42,716 nt of DNA from an uncultured Mycoplasmatota bacterium (GTDB taxonomy: Bacteria; Bacillota_I; Bacilli_A; RF39; UBA660). The translations under genes and the position numbers were made by a program. The notes beneath the pieces were generated by a model. It had not been told where the DNA came from. It was given only the letters and a program-made list of their open reading frames with translations, and did no database searches. Location of the stretch: NCBI GenBank assembly GCA_946494345.1, contig CAMMBX010000003.1, positions 1 through 42,716 of the forward strand, in the 5' to 3' direction. Below, one piece after another: positions 8,588 to 17,517 of this stretch. How positions within the stretch are numbered: the first letter of the stretch is position 1; each line of letters opens with the position of its first letter.

Positions 8588-9814
8588 ATGAATGATTCCA
8601 TTTTTGATAAGTTGGATTTTGGACTTTTTGAACCATTAATTAAAGATGATGATATAACTGATATTTCTTATTGTAATCACGGACAAATTTGGATTCGTTC
8701 TTTAACCCAAGGTTCTAAAAGAGTAGAAATTGAAGGGCTAAATGATGCTTTTGTAGAGAAGTTAGCCTTTCAATGTTCTAATGTTATGGGAACTACATTT
8801 AATAATGCTAAACCATTTTTGGATGCTGAATCTACAGAACTTCGTCTTAACTTTGTTCATGATTCTATTGCTACTAACGGTATTGCAGTAGTTATTCGTA
8901 AAACACCAGCTAAGATTAGGTTATCTAGAGAAAAGTTACTTAAAGAAGATTATTTTACTGCTAACATTCATGACATTTTAATGAAATGTGTTGAAGGACA
9001 TTGTAATATTATGGTTAGTGGTGAGACTGGTTCTGGTAAGACTGAGTTTGTTAAATATTTGGCCAGTCATACTAAAGAAGATGAAAAGATTATTACAATT
9101 GAAGATACTTTGGAACTTCACTTAGATAAAATCTTTCCACATCGAGATATCGTAGCGATGAAAACAAATAACGTTGCCAGTTATTCTGATGTATTAGTTA
9201 CTTGTATGAGACAAAACCCAAAATGGATTTTATTATCAGAGGTACGTAGTGCTGAAGCAGTTACAGCTGTTCGTAACTCAATATCATCAGGACATAACAT
9301 TTTGTCAACAATTCATGCTGATAAAGCAAGTGCTATTCCTTATCGTATGTATTCACTTCTTGAAAGTGATATTGATGTGGATCAGTTCTTAACAACAATT
9401 TATCGTTATATTCAATTAGGAGTTCATATTAAAGCTTATTATAGTAAAGAATATGGTCAGTTTCACCGTGAAGTTGATGAGGTTGTTGAGTTTTATGTTG
9501 ATGATGATAATAAACCTCAGTCTCATATTCTTTATCAGAAGACTTTTGGTAAGGCTCCTGTTCAAAATATGCCTACTAAACATTTAAAAGAGTATTTAGA
9601 GAATCAAAATATCTTTATTGATAATCTATTTACTAAGGGGGATTCAATGAATGCAGTTAATAATGAAGTTAATAATGAAGTTAATAATATTGTTACACCT
9701 AGTGTGCAACAATCTACGGTTAATGTGGTAGAATCTCCTAATTTTGCTAATACTGTTAATACTGTTAATCAAGCGCCACAGCCTAAGGCTCCATTTCCTA
9801 CTGAGATAGTTTAA
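8588..9814 (+). CDS. cpaF: CpaF/TadA (VirB11-superfamily) secretion ATPase
   Basis: Walker A GETGSGKT, Asp box TIEDTLEL, Walker B ILLSEVR, His box STIHA, N-terminal DDDITDI; low-complexity Asn/Val/Pro tail. Confidence 0.9.
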   Translation: MNDSIFDKLDFGLFEPLIKDDDITDISYCNHGQIWIRSLTQGSKRVEIEGLNDAFVEKLAFQCSNVMGTTFNNAKPFLDAESTELRLNFVHDSIATNGIAVVIRKTPAKIRLSREKLLKEDYFTANIHDILMKCVEGHCNIMVSGETGSGKTEFVKYLASHTKEDEKIITIEDTLELHLDKIFPHRDIVAMKTNNVASYSDVLVTCMRQNPKWILLSEVRSAEAVTAVRNSISSGHNILSTIHADKASAIPYRMYSLLESDIDVDQFLTTIYRYIQLGVHIKAYYSKEYGQFHREVDEVVEFYVDDDNKPQSHILYQKTFGKAPVQNMPTKHLKEYLENQNIFIDNLFTKGDSMNAVNNEVNNEVNNIVTPSVQQSTVNVVESPNFANTVNTVNQAPQPKAPFPTEIV

Positions 9815-9829
9815 GAGAGGAGGAATTTC

Positions 9830-10723
9830 ATGGTACTTTTTTTACTATTAATAATTGCTATTGTTATTATTTTGTATAGAAATTATAAAGGACAAAATGT
9901 TTCTAAATATATTACTGAACAAGTTCAGGCAGTATATGATAAGTTTGCACCTTATTCTTATAAAGTAGTAAGGGAGAAAACAAAACAGTTGGGTCAAGAA
10001 TATACAGCAAGGCAATATTTAATTCAAATAGTTATAATGGGTGGCTTTGCAGGTATTGTAACGTATATGTACTTTTATAACTTAATAGTTTCAATAATTT
10101 ATGTTGTTATTGCTATAGCTTTTATTCCTTATTTATCTTTTTTAAGATGTAAAAGGGTATATAGTGAATTTATATTTGAACAAATACAAGTTTATACTAC
10201 TAATACTATTATGGAATTTGCTACGACACAAAGTTTTGTTAAATCTCTAGAAGGCGTTAGAGATTCTGGTATTTTGGAAGATCCAGTACTTTCTGATGTT
10301 AATAAGATGATTGATATGGCTTATGAAGAAGGGTCAATTGATGGGGCCTTAAACTTTATGAGTGATAAATATCCTTATTACATAGTAAAAAATATGCATC
10401 AATTGTTTTTACAAATAACTAAAGAAGGTGCTCAAGATACGGGAGAGAGTTTGGAAAATATGCAACTTGATATTGATACTCTTGTTGAAAGTGTTTATCG
10501 TGATAGAATGGATAGAGCTAATTTCCATAAGAAATTTTTACAATATGGTATTATGTTATTCCTTTTAGTTATGTTAATTCAATATATGCTTGGTAGTGAA
10601 AGTTATATTGAACTTATTAAGAGTATTTGGGTTCAACTTGTTCTTCATTTTATTATTATTTTTAATAGTTACTTCTTATTAAAAGGAGAAAAATATTATA
10701 ATGAGAATGTGGGGGTTGAATAG
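9830..10723 (+). CDS. TadB-like (T2SS F-family) platform protein
   Basis: Position after tadA; TM pair, cytoplasmic helical domain, TM pair. Confidence 0.7.
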   Translation: MVLFLLLIIAIVIILYRNYKGQNVSKYITEQVQAVYDKFAPYSYKVVREKTKQLGQEYTARQYLIQIVIMGGFAGIVTYMYFYNLIVSIIYVVIAIAFIPYLSFLRCKRVYSEFIFEQIQVYTTNTIMEFATTQSFVKSLEGVRDSGILEDPVLSDVNKMIDMAYEEGSIDGALNFMSDKYPYYIVKNMHQLFLQITKEGAQDTGESLENMQLDIDTLVESVYRDRMDRANFHKKFLQYGIMLFLLVMLIQYMLGSESYIELIKSIWVQLVLHFIIIFNSYFLLKGEKYYNENVGVE

Positions 10724-10725
10724 TT

Positions 10726-11505
10726 ATGGAAATAGTATTTGTTGCAGTTATTATTTTGTTTATTTTGATTTATAATAGAACAATTGATAAAAATAAATTT
10801 ATTAATGACAATAAAAAATATTTTGAAATATTAAGAGAAGATGATTATGACTTTCTTGTTTATGCAAAATATGGTGATAGTGCTTCTCCTAATGTTTTGT
10901 TTCAAAAAAGAATAACTTATGCAATTGGAGCATTCTTTATATTTATGTTTTTGTTTATTGATGATGTTAGTTTAATAAATATTATACTTGCTTGTTTAAT
11001 TGCAGTTTTCATATTCAAATCACCATATATGCAATTAAAAAAATATTATAAAGCTCATTTGCATCAAATCGATATAATGTTGCCATACTATTTAAAGAGT
11101 TTGGAAATATTAATTCAGCATTATACTGTTCCTGTAGCGATAGGTAAAAGTATAAATGATGCTCCTGATATTTTTAAACCAGGACTTCGGGAATTAATTG
11201 AAAAAATTAATTCAGGAGACTCTAGTATTACACCTTATATGGATTTTGCTAATACTTATCCAGTTAGAGATTCTATGAGAATGATGAGACTTTTGTATCG
11301 TCTTGGTCTTGGTGGTCAAGAAAAGAAACAAGAAAGGCTTTTAATGTTTTCTCGTACTGTTTCTAACTTACAAGCGAAAGCAAGAGAGACTAAGTATAAA
11401 GAAAGACTTGATCATATGGGAAATCAGACTATGATTATGCTAGTTGTTACTGGTGTTAGTGTTATGATTGTCATATTAGCGTCAATGTTAACTATGATTG
11501 CATAA
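10726..11505 (+). CDS. TadC-like (T2SS F-family) platform protein
   Basis: IDIMLPYYLKSLEILI...TVPVAI pattern of T2SSF domains; C-terminal TM; follows the tadB-like gene. Confidence 0.7.
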   Translation: MEIVFVAVIILFILIYNRTIDKNKFINDNKKYFEILREDDYDFLVYAKYGDSASPNVLFQKRITYAIGAFFIFMFLFIDDVSLINIILACLIAVFIFKSPYMQLKKYYKAHLHQIDIMLPYYLKSLEILIQHYTVPVAIGKSINDAPDIFKPGLRELIEKINSGDSSITPYMDFANTYPVRDSMRMMRLLYRLGLGGQEKKQERLLMFSRTVSNLQAKARETKYKERLDHMGNQTMIMLVVTGVSVMIVILASMLTMIA

Positions 11506-11512
11506 AAAATAG

Positions 11513-11541
11513 GTTACAAAACAGTAATTATTTGATATAAT
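11513..11541 (+). promoter_or_regulatory. Putative promoter for the Flp-like pilin
   Basis: Extended -10 TGaTATAAT (11533-11541) with GTTACA 17 nt upstream of the -10 hexamer. Confidence 0.55.
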
Positions 11542-11578
11542 TAATTTTGTAAGATAATATGAAAGGAGAGGGTATTTC

Positions 11579-11737
11579 ATGAAAGAAGCGACTGGAGAGT
11601 TAAATATGACTGTAGTAACTATTGTACTTATTGGAGTTATTGCAGCTTTCTTTGCAATATTCTGGCCTAATGTTATTCAACCAGCTATTGAAGATAATTG
11701 GGAAAGTAATGTTGGTACTATTGATGATATAAATTAA
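11579..11737 (+). CDS. Flp-like small pilin (52 aa, absent from ORF track)
   Basis: RBS AAAGGAGAGG; MKEATGELNMTVVTIVLIGVIAAFFAIFWPNVIQPAIEDNWESNVGTIDDIN; single hydrophobic helix; lies between tadC-like and tadE-like genes. Confidence 0.75.
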   Translation: MKEATGELNMTVVTIVLIGVIAAFFAIFWPNVIQPAIEDNWESNVGTIDDIN

Positions 11738-11762
11738 TATTAGTTTGAGGATGTGATTAATA

Positions 11763-12215
11763 ATGAGAGATGCGATAGGTCAAGTTTTTGCTGTACAAAT
11801 TATTTTAGCTTTTGTTTTGTTAATTAATGGTTATATGGCTTATTCTGTTAATTATACTAGAGCATTTCGAGTTAAAAATCAAATAGTTAATATTATTGAA
11901 CAGTATGAGGGACCTTATAATGATGAAGCGATTGATAAAATAAATGATTATATTGATCAGATGACTTATGAGGTTCCTCCTAGACTTACTCAAGACTTTT
12001 TAGATGATTATGCTAATGCTAGTGAAAAAAGTTGTCAGAATGGATGGTGCTATGTAGCTCATGATGTCTCTATTAGTGATGGGGATGGAGAAAGGAATGG
12101 TAAGTATTATTCAGTAGTAACCTTTGTTAATATTAATATTCCTGTAATAAACAATATAGTAGGCTTAGGTGATTTCTTAAGAGTTGTAGGTGAAACTAGA
12201 ACGATTTATCAATAA
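11763..12215 (+). CDS. TadE-like pseudopilin
   Basis: Short leader MRDAIG plus hydrophobic helix, Cys pair, C-terminal YYSVVTFVNINIPVI...VVGET typical of TadE/F-like proteins. Confidence 0.65.
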   Translation: MRDAIGQVFAVQIILAFVLLINGYMAYSVNYTRAFRVKNQIVNIIEQYEGPYNDEAIDKINDYIDQMTYEVPPRLTQDFLDDYANASEKSCQNGWCYVAHDVSISDGDGERNGKYYSVVTFVNINIPVINNIVGLGDFLRVVGETRTIYQ

Positions 12216-12230
12216 AAAGGAAGTGATAGG

Positions 12231-13211
12231 GTGAACGTAATTATTGCTAACGAAGCGAAAGGAATGCTATCGACTTTAGATATTGATGTTATTAAAAGTG
12301 TTGATGGAGTTCATACTGCAGATGAAATTGTTGATATGTTCAAAAACTTCTTTTATGCTAGAATGATTTTAGATATTACAGCAATTAAAGATTATGAAGA
12401 TATTACTAATATTCAAAAAATATCTATTGGACTTGATGCTGATAAAATCATTCTTTTACTTCCTAATAATGAAACATCTACATCTAGTAGTTATTTATCT
12501 AAGATTATTTCTATGGGAATATATAACTTTACAACTACTGTTGATGGAGTTAAATATTTTTTAGAACATCCTAATACTTATAAAGATGTTGCACATATTC
12601 AGCAACTAAATGATTTATCTAGTACTATTAATGATAAAGTAATTGCAGGATCTAGAATAATAGGCATTAAAAATGTTACGGACCATGCAGGAAGTACAAC
12701 TCTTATTTATATGTTAAAAAAAGAACTTGAACAAACTTATGGAATGAGTGTTGTGGCTATTGAAGTTAATCGTCATGATTTTGCCTATTTTAATAGTAAT
12801 AATATGATTTCTGTTGATGATGAACATCTTATGACAGAGATTGTTAAACATAAAGATGTAGCAATTATTTTAATTGATTTGAATGATTCTAGTAATGAGG
12901 GTGCTTGTAATGATGTTTTATACTTAATAGAGCCTTCTAGTATTAGATTAAATAAATTAATGAGAAGAAATAGAAGAGTTTTTGAAGAATTAAAGGGTAA
13001 GAAGATTATTCTTAATATGAGTTTACTTTCTAACAGTGATATAATGGATTTTGAGTATGAAGGTAAGACTAAGGTCTTTTATAATATACCACCTCTTAAT
13101 GATAGAGTAAAAAATCCGGTATTAAGTGATTTTCTATCTAAGATAGGACTTATTAATAAGCCTAAAGAAAAAGAGAGCAGTGGAAAAATATTTGGACTAT
13201 TTAAACGGTAA
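12231..13211 (+). CDS. CpaE/TadZ-like protein (receiver-like domain plus degenerate MinD/ParA domain)
   Basis: IIGIKNVTDHAGSTT degenerate P-loop, VVAIEVN, IILIDLN, C-terminal amphipathic KIFGLFKR. Confidence 0.65.
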   Translation: MNVIIANEAKGMLSTLDIDVIKSVDGVHTADEIVDMFKNFFYARMILDITAIKDYEDITNIQKISIGLDADKIILLLPNNETSTSSSYLSKIISMGIYNFTTTVDGVKYFLEHPNTYKDVAHIQQLNDLSSTINDKVIAGSRIIGIKNVTDHAGSTTLIYMLKKELEQTYGMSVVAIEVNRHDFAYFNSNNMISVDDEHLMTEIVKHKDVAIILIDLNDSSNEGACNDVLYLIEPSSIRLNKLMRRNRRVFEELKGKKIILNMSLLSNSDIMDFEYEGKTKVFYNIPPLNDRVKNPVLSDFLSKIGLINKPKEKESSGKIFGLFKR

Positions 13212-13214
13212 TAA

Positions 13215-13243
13215 TTGACAAATTTTCATAATTTGTATATTAT
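13215..13243 (+). promoter_or_regulatory. Sigma-A promoter for first VirB2-like pilin
   Basis: TTGACA-N17-TATTAT, then RBS GGAGGAG. Confidence 0.7.
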
Positions 13244-13267
13244 TATTGTAAGTGGAGGAGATTATAT

Positions 13268-13636
13268 ATGAAGAGTTTTATGTTAATGAATTTAGTACAA
13301 GTTTTAGATACAACTGTTAATGTGGATGGACCTTGTCATGGTTTTGGCTTCTTAGTTAGAATTGTTAAAAATGGGCTATTTCCTATTTTACAGATTGGTA
13401 TTCCTATTATCTTAATAGTTCTTGGTACTTTGGATTTAGGAAAAGCAGTTATATCTTCTGATGATAAAGCTGTTAAAGAAGCTCAATCTAAGTTAATTAA
13501 AAGATGTGTTTATGCAATATTAGTATTCTTTATTGTAACATTAATTAGTTTATTATTTACAATGATTGGTAATATTGCTGGTGATGCTGCTCCTGGATTA
13601 ACAAATTGGAGTAATTGTTGGAATAATCCTGAATAA
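13268..13636 (+). CDS. VirB2/TrbC-like T4SS pilin 1
   Basis: 122 aa; two hydrophobic helices around DLGKAVISSDDKAVKEAQSKLIKR; upstream of virB6/virB3/virB4-like genes. Confidence 0.7.
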   Translation: MKSFMLMNLVQVLDTTVNVDGPCHGFGFLVRIVKNGLFPILQIGIPIILIVLGTLDLGKAVISSDDKAVKEAQSKLIKRCVYAILVFFIVTLISLLFTMIGNIAGDAAPGLTNWSNCWNNPE

Positions 13637-13650
13637 TAGAAAATTATGAG

Positions 13651-13674
13651 TAAATAGCAACTAGTTGCTATTTA
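13651..13674. repeat. Perfect 24-bp palindrome (copy 1), terminator/attenuator-like
   Basis: TAAATAGCAACTAGTTGCTATTTA is its own reverse complement. Confidence 0.85.
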
Positions 13675-13697
13675 TTTGTATTTATAGAAAGGTTTAT

Positions 13698-14048
13698 ATG
13701 TATTTTTTTCAAGTATTAGATGAAATAACAGTAAATGTTGAAAGTAATTGTTATGGTTTTGATGCTATAGTAAGAGTTATTAAAGAGGGTTTATTTCCAG
13801 TATTACAAATAGCAATACCAATTATTTTAATAGTTCTTTGTACTTTTGATTTAGGTAAAGCAGTTATAAGTAATGATGAAAAAGAAAATAAGAAAACTAT
13901 TAAGAGGTTAATTAGAAGACTTGTTTATGCTATAGTATTATTTTTCTTTGTTACAGTTATTAATTTAGCTTTTACTATGATAAGTGATATTACAGAAAAT
14001 GAAGATTTGCTTAGATGGAGCGAATGTTGGAATGATCCTAGTGGATGA
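13698..14048 (+). CDS. VirB2/TrbC-like T4SS pilin 2 (paralogue)
   Basis: Aligns end to end with pilin 1 (QVLD..TVNV...C.GF; GLFP.LQI.IPIILIVL.T.DLGKAVIS.D; WS.CWN.P). ATG 13698 follows GAAAGG. Confidence 0.7.
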   Translation: MYFFQVLDEITVNVESNCYGFDAIVRVIKEGLFPVLQIAIPIILIVLCTFDLGKAVISNDEKENKKTIKRLIRRLVYAIVLFFFVTVINLAFTMISDITENEDLLRWSECWNDPSG

Positions 14049-14095
14049 TAAAAATAGTAATTGTAATTGCTATTTTTATTTTCTAATGATATACT
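14048..14095 (+). promoter_or_regulatory. Hairpin copy 2 overlapping a putative promoter
   Basis: ATAAAAATAGTAATT-GT-AATTGCTATTTTTAT (one U-G pair); TTGCTA(14067)-N17-TATACT(14090) with a TG extension. Confidence 0.65.
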
Positions 14096-14124
14096 TTATT
14101 TATGATGATGGGAGTGACTTAACG

Positions 14125-15354
14125 ATGAAAAGTAAGCTTTTTAATTTTATCTTTTTTTGCTTTTTAACTCTTCTATTCTTTAGTGTTAAAGATGTACATG
14201 CTTATACACCTGTTGAAGATGATTGCTTAGATAAAGGCACTTGTATTTTAGTTTGTAATTATAATAATGTATCTAAAGGCAGTAATAATAGAAAATTTAC
14301 AAGAAATATTTCTTTATATTATTATTTGGATAGTGAAGAATGGAAACTTTATTGGGAAGGGTCTTCAGCACCAAATTCAGGTGGTTCTAAGTTTTCGGTA
14401 CATACTAAAGGGCCTTCAACATTAGGTCATATATTTTCCAATAATGGTGAAAATGTTTATTTTAGTAGTCAACCAGATGCTTCTAAATTTAAATGTTTTG
14501 ATCACGCTTATTTAGATTATAGTAATCTTTTAAATTTTAATGAAGTTTGTTTTGATAATAATGGAAAAACATGTAAAAGCAAATATAATGGGGTAGGTAC
14601 TGCTTTCAAAGCTAATGACTATATAAGTGATGAACAGGATTATGATTTTGAAGATGATTTAACAAATTATGTTTCACATTGGAGTTTTGGGGATATAAGT
14701 TGTGATGATATTTTTAATAACTCTGTTGATATTAATAGTACAGATTACGTTAGTTCTAAGTTTGATAATGATTTAAAAACTAATTATTTACATGGTTATG
14801 ATGTTCCTGATTTTATTGCAAATAATGATATTTTAATTAATTCAAAAGAACAGGCAAAAACTGCTGTTGAAAATAAAAAAGCAGAATGTTTAAATCAAAT
14901 TCAACAATCAGTAACTAGTGGAGAAATAACTACTGATGAAGCGAATAGAAGACAAGAAATAGTTAATGGTATTAATTCAGATCAAGTAGCTGAAAATTTT
15001 CAAAATGCTGCTATAAAAACAAGAGACGAAAACATGACTATTAATAATTGGAATCAAACTGAAGTGAAATGTGAAGATATCTTTAAGTTTGATGAAGAAG
15101 GTTCTGTAGGATGGATTTTACAAACTTTATTTAACTATATTAAAGTTATAGGTCCTATTGCTGTAATTTTACTTAGTTCACTTGATTTTATTAAAGCAGT
15201 TGTAGGTACTGATGAGAAAGCAATGAAAGAAGCTCAATCTAAACTTATTATTAGATTAGTAGCAGCGGCAGCATTGTTCTTGATACCTACATTGTTACAA
15301 CTTTTATTAAATATAATAAATATAGCTATTCAACCAGAATGTTTTTTACGATAA
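14125..15354 (+). CDS. Secreted Cys-rich domain fused to a C-terminal VirB2/TrbC-like pilin domain
   Basis: Signal peptide ending VHA-Y; last ~95 aa match pilins 1/2 (LDFIKAVVGTDEKAMKEAQSKLIIR). ATG 14125 follows GGGAGTG. Confidence 0.7.
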   Translation: MKSKLFNFIFFCFLTLLFFSVKDVHAYTPVEDDCLDKGTCILVCNYNNVSKGSNNRKFTRNISLYYYLDSEEWKLYWEGSSAPNSGGSKFSVHTKGPSTLGHIFSNNGENVYFSSQPDASKFKCFDHAYLDYSNLLNFNEVCFDNNGKTCKSKYNGVGTAFKANDYISDEQDYDFEDDLTNYVSHWSFGDISCDDIFNNSVDINSTDYVSSKFDNDLKTNYLHGYDVPDFIANNDILINSKEQAKTAVENKKAECLNQIQQSVTSGEITTDEANRRQEIVNGINSDQVAENFQNAAIKTRDENMTINNWNQTEVKCEDIFKFDEEGSVGWILQTLFNYIKVIGPIAVILLSSLDFIKAVVGTDEKAMKEAQSKLIIRLVAAAALFLIPTLLQLLLNIINIAIQPECFLR

Positions 15355-15362
15355 TAACTGTT

Positions 15363-15410
15363 AAATAAATAGCAATATAAATTGCTATTTATTTTGATAT
15401 TTGTTACAAT
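15363..15410 (+). promoter_or_regulatory. Hairpin copy 3 overlapping a putative promoter of the T4SS core operon
   Basis: AAATAAATAGCAAT-ATAA-ATTGCTATTTATTT; TTGCTA(15382)-N17-TACAAT(15405) with a TG extension. Confidence 0.65.
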
Positions 15411-15448
15411 ATAATAGAGTGATTATTTCGAAAGAGAAGTGATAATAA

Positions 15449-17494
15449 ATGAACAATCCCAGTGGTATTATCAATTTTACAAGATTCATATTTGTTGGTA
15501 TAGAGTCTGTGGGTTATTTTCTTGTTAGTGGTGCGTATAATATATTTTTTACAGTTGCTAATGCACAACTTTTTAGTGGTGATATAATTAATACTTTTTA
15601 TAGTAGGATACAGTTAATACTTGCTGTTTTAATGACTTTTAAAATTGCTATTACACTTTTAAATATTATTATTAATCCCGATTCATTTAAAGATAAAGAA
15701 AAGGGTCCTGGTAAGTTGATAACAAGGATAGTGGTTTCTTTAGTATTACTTACATTGATAGTACCTATTCCTAATATACCAAAGAGTAGTAATCCTTTAA
15801 ATGAACAGATTAGAAGTAATGGTATTTTATTTGGATTTTTATATCAATTTCAAAATAGTGTTATGGACGATAATATTTTAGGTAAATTAATATTAGGAAG
15901 TAATGTTGGTAGTGTTGATGATGCTGATAATATAAGTAATCTTGGGGGTACTTTAGCAACAACGGTTGCTAAAACTTTTATAACACCGACTTTGAGCGTT
16001 GATGATGATGAAGTTAGTGGTACTGAACTGAATAAGAGTCAAGTAGCGTGTCCTTCAGCACTTGAGGAATATGGTTATAATAATTCTAATTTGCATTATT
16101 CTACACTTATAGATAATATAAATGAAACATGTGATTCTTCTGGTATGGGAGAAGTTTATGTATTTAATTATATTCCTTTTGGTGGCTTAATATGTTCCCT
16201 TATAATGACATTCATTATTTTAGGATTTACTATAGATGTTGCAGTTAGGGCTATTAAACTAGCAGTATTAAGACTTATTGCTCCTGTTCCAATAATTTCT
16301 TATATTATGCCAGGATCTGAGAAAAATGGTGCATTTGGCAATTGGGTGAAATCATTATCTTCTACTTATATAGATTTATTTTTAAGAATTGCAGTTATTT
16401 ATTTTGGGGCTTATATTATTTATATAATAGCTTTCAGTGGAGAAGATGGTATAAATATTTGGCAGGGTTCTTCTAGTTTTACTGTTTCACTTCTTTCAAC
16501 TGTATTTATAATAATTGGTGTTTTGATATTTATGAAGGAAGCTCCTAAATTCTTTAAAGATATGCTTGGAATAAAAGGAGATGGAGGTAACTTTTTCCGG
16601 GGTATTGGTACAATGCTTGGAGCTGCTGCCTTGACTGGTGGACTTGCTGGTTCTGTTGCTACTGGTGTAAGAGCTGGATGGCAAGAAGGTGCTGAGTATA
16701 AAGGACGTACTGCGGGACTTAGGCGTGTGCTTGGTGCTGGAGTAGCAGGATTAACTAGTGGTGTTGGTGGTGCTGTTGTAGGAGCTGGTGCTCTTATGTC
16801 TGCTGATAAGAAACAGGCAGGTGCTGTATTTTCTGCTATGCAAAAGAGAAATGCTATGAGAGCAGCTCATTCTACTTTACTTGGTCGTGCTACGAGTGGT
16901 GCTTATGGTATGTTTACTGGTAGATCTTTAGCTGAGAGAGATCAACAAATTCTTGATGCAACTAATGATGCAAAAAAAGGTATATCTTCATGGAACGAAG
17001 CAGCTACGGATGAAGCTTTAAAACAAACTGGTGCTGATGATTATGGTATTACAACTATAAATGGAAAGAAATATGGCTTTAATTGGGATACTTTAGAGGC
17101 TGCTATGAAAGGTGCTAATCAAGATGGATATTTCTATTATGGAAATAATAGATTTAATCTTACTGATTTTTCTAAGACAAGGACTGATGAGATCAAAAAG
17201 TCTCAAACATCTCGATTTGTTGCTAGACAATATAATAGAAAAACTGGACATTTTGATAACCCTCGTCTTGAGACAGAGTGGAAACTAGCTGCACCAAAAA
17301 TTGAGAAAGCTAATTTGGATTATAGTGACTTTAAAGCTACATATGTTGATGATGATGGAAATTCATATGAATTACCATTTCTTGATCCATCTTCAAAAGG
17401 TGCTATGTTAGGTAAAGCTGATTCACAGATTGAGCAATATACAAATAATATGAAACATGTAAAACATATGGCCAATCATAATCAATCTAAATAG
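15449..17494 (+). CDS. VirB6/TrbL-like polytopic channel protein
   Basis: Multiple TMs, RAIKLAVLRLIAPVPII...FGNWVK motif, Gly/Ala-rich segment, soluble C-terminal tail. Confidence 0.75.
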   Translation: MNNPSGIINFTRFIFVGIESVGYFLVSGAYNIFFTVANAQLFSGDIINTFYSRIQLILAVLMTFKIAITLLNIIINPDSFKDKEKGPGKLITRIVVSLVLLTLIVPIPNIPKSSNPLNEQIRSNGILFGFLYQFQNSVMDDNILGKLILGSNVGSVDDADNISNLGGTLATTVAKTFITPTLSVDDDEVSGTELNKSQVACPSALEEYGYNNSNLHYSTLIDNINETCDSSGMGEVYVFNYIPFGGLICSLIMTFIILGFTIDVAVRAIKLAVLRLIAPVPIISYIMPGSEKNGAFGNWVKSLSSTYIDLFLRIAVIYFGAYIIYIIAFSGEDGINIWQGSSSFTVSLLSTVFIIIGVLIFMKEAPKFFKDMLGIKGDGGNFFRGIGTMLGAAALTGGLAGSVATGVRAGWQEGAEYKGRTAGLRRVLGAGVAGLTSGVGGAVVGAGALMSADKKQAGAVFSAMQKRNAMRAAHSTLLGRATSGAYGMFTGRSLAERDQQILDATNDAKKGISSWNEAATDEALKQTGADDYGITTINGKKYGFNWDTLEAAMKGANQDGYFYYGNNRFNLTDFSKTRTDEIKKSQTSRFVARQYNRKTGHFDNPRLETEWKLAAPKIEKANLDYSDFKATYVDDDGNSYELPFLDPSSKGAMLGKADSQIEQYTNNMKHVKHMANHNQSK

Positions 17495-17517
17495 GGTGAT
17501 AAGGAGTGTGATAATAG

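Noticed and set aside
9656-9690. GTTAATAATGAA tandem repeat in the cpaF 3' region
   Set aside because: In-frame low-complexity tail (VNNE repeats); too short for an array.
13984-14124. Longer N-termini from the ORF track (also starts at 3749, 13665, 17804, 23634, 32890, 34252, 38361)
   Set aside because: They run through hairpins, promoters or the upstream gene; downstream ATGs generally have better-placed RBSs and give typical N-termini.
16590-16930. Local GC rise (also 41520-41631) as possible foreign DNA or RNA gene
   Set aside because: Explained by Gly/Ala-rich coding in the VirB6-like and DUF2207-like proteins.
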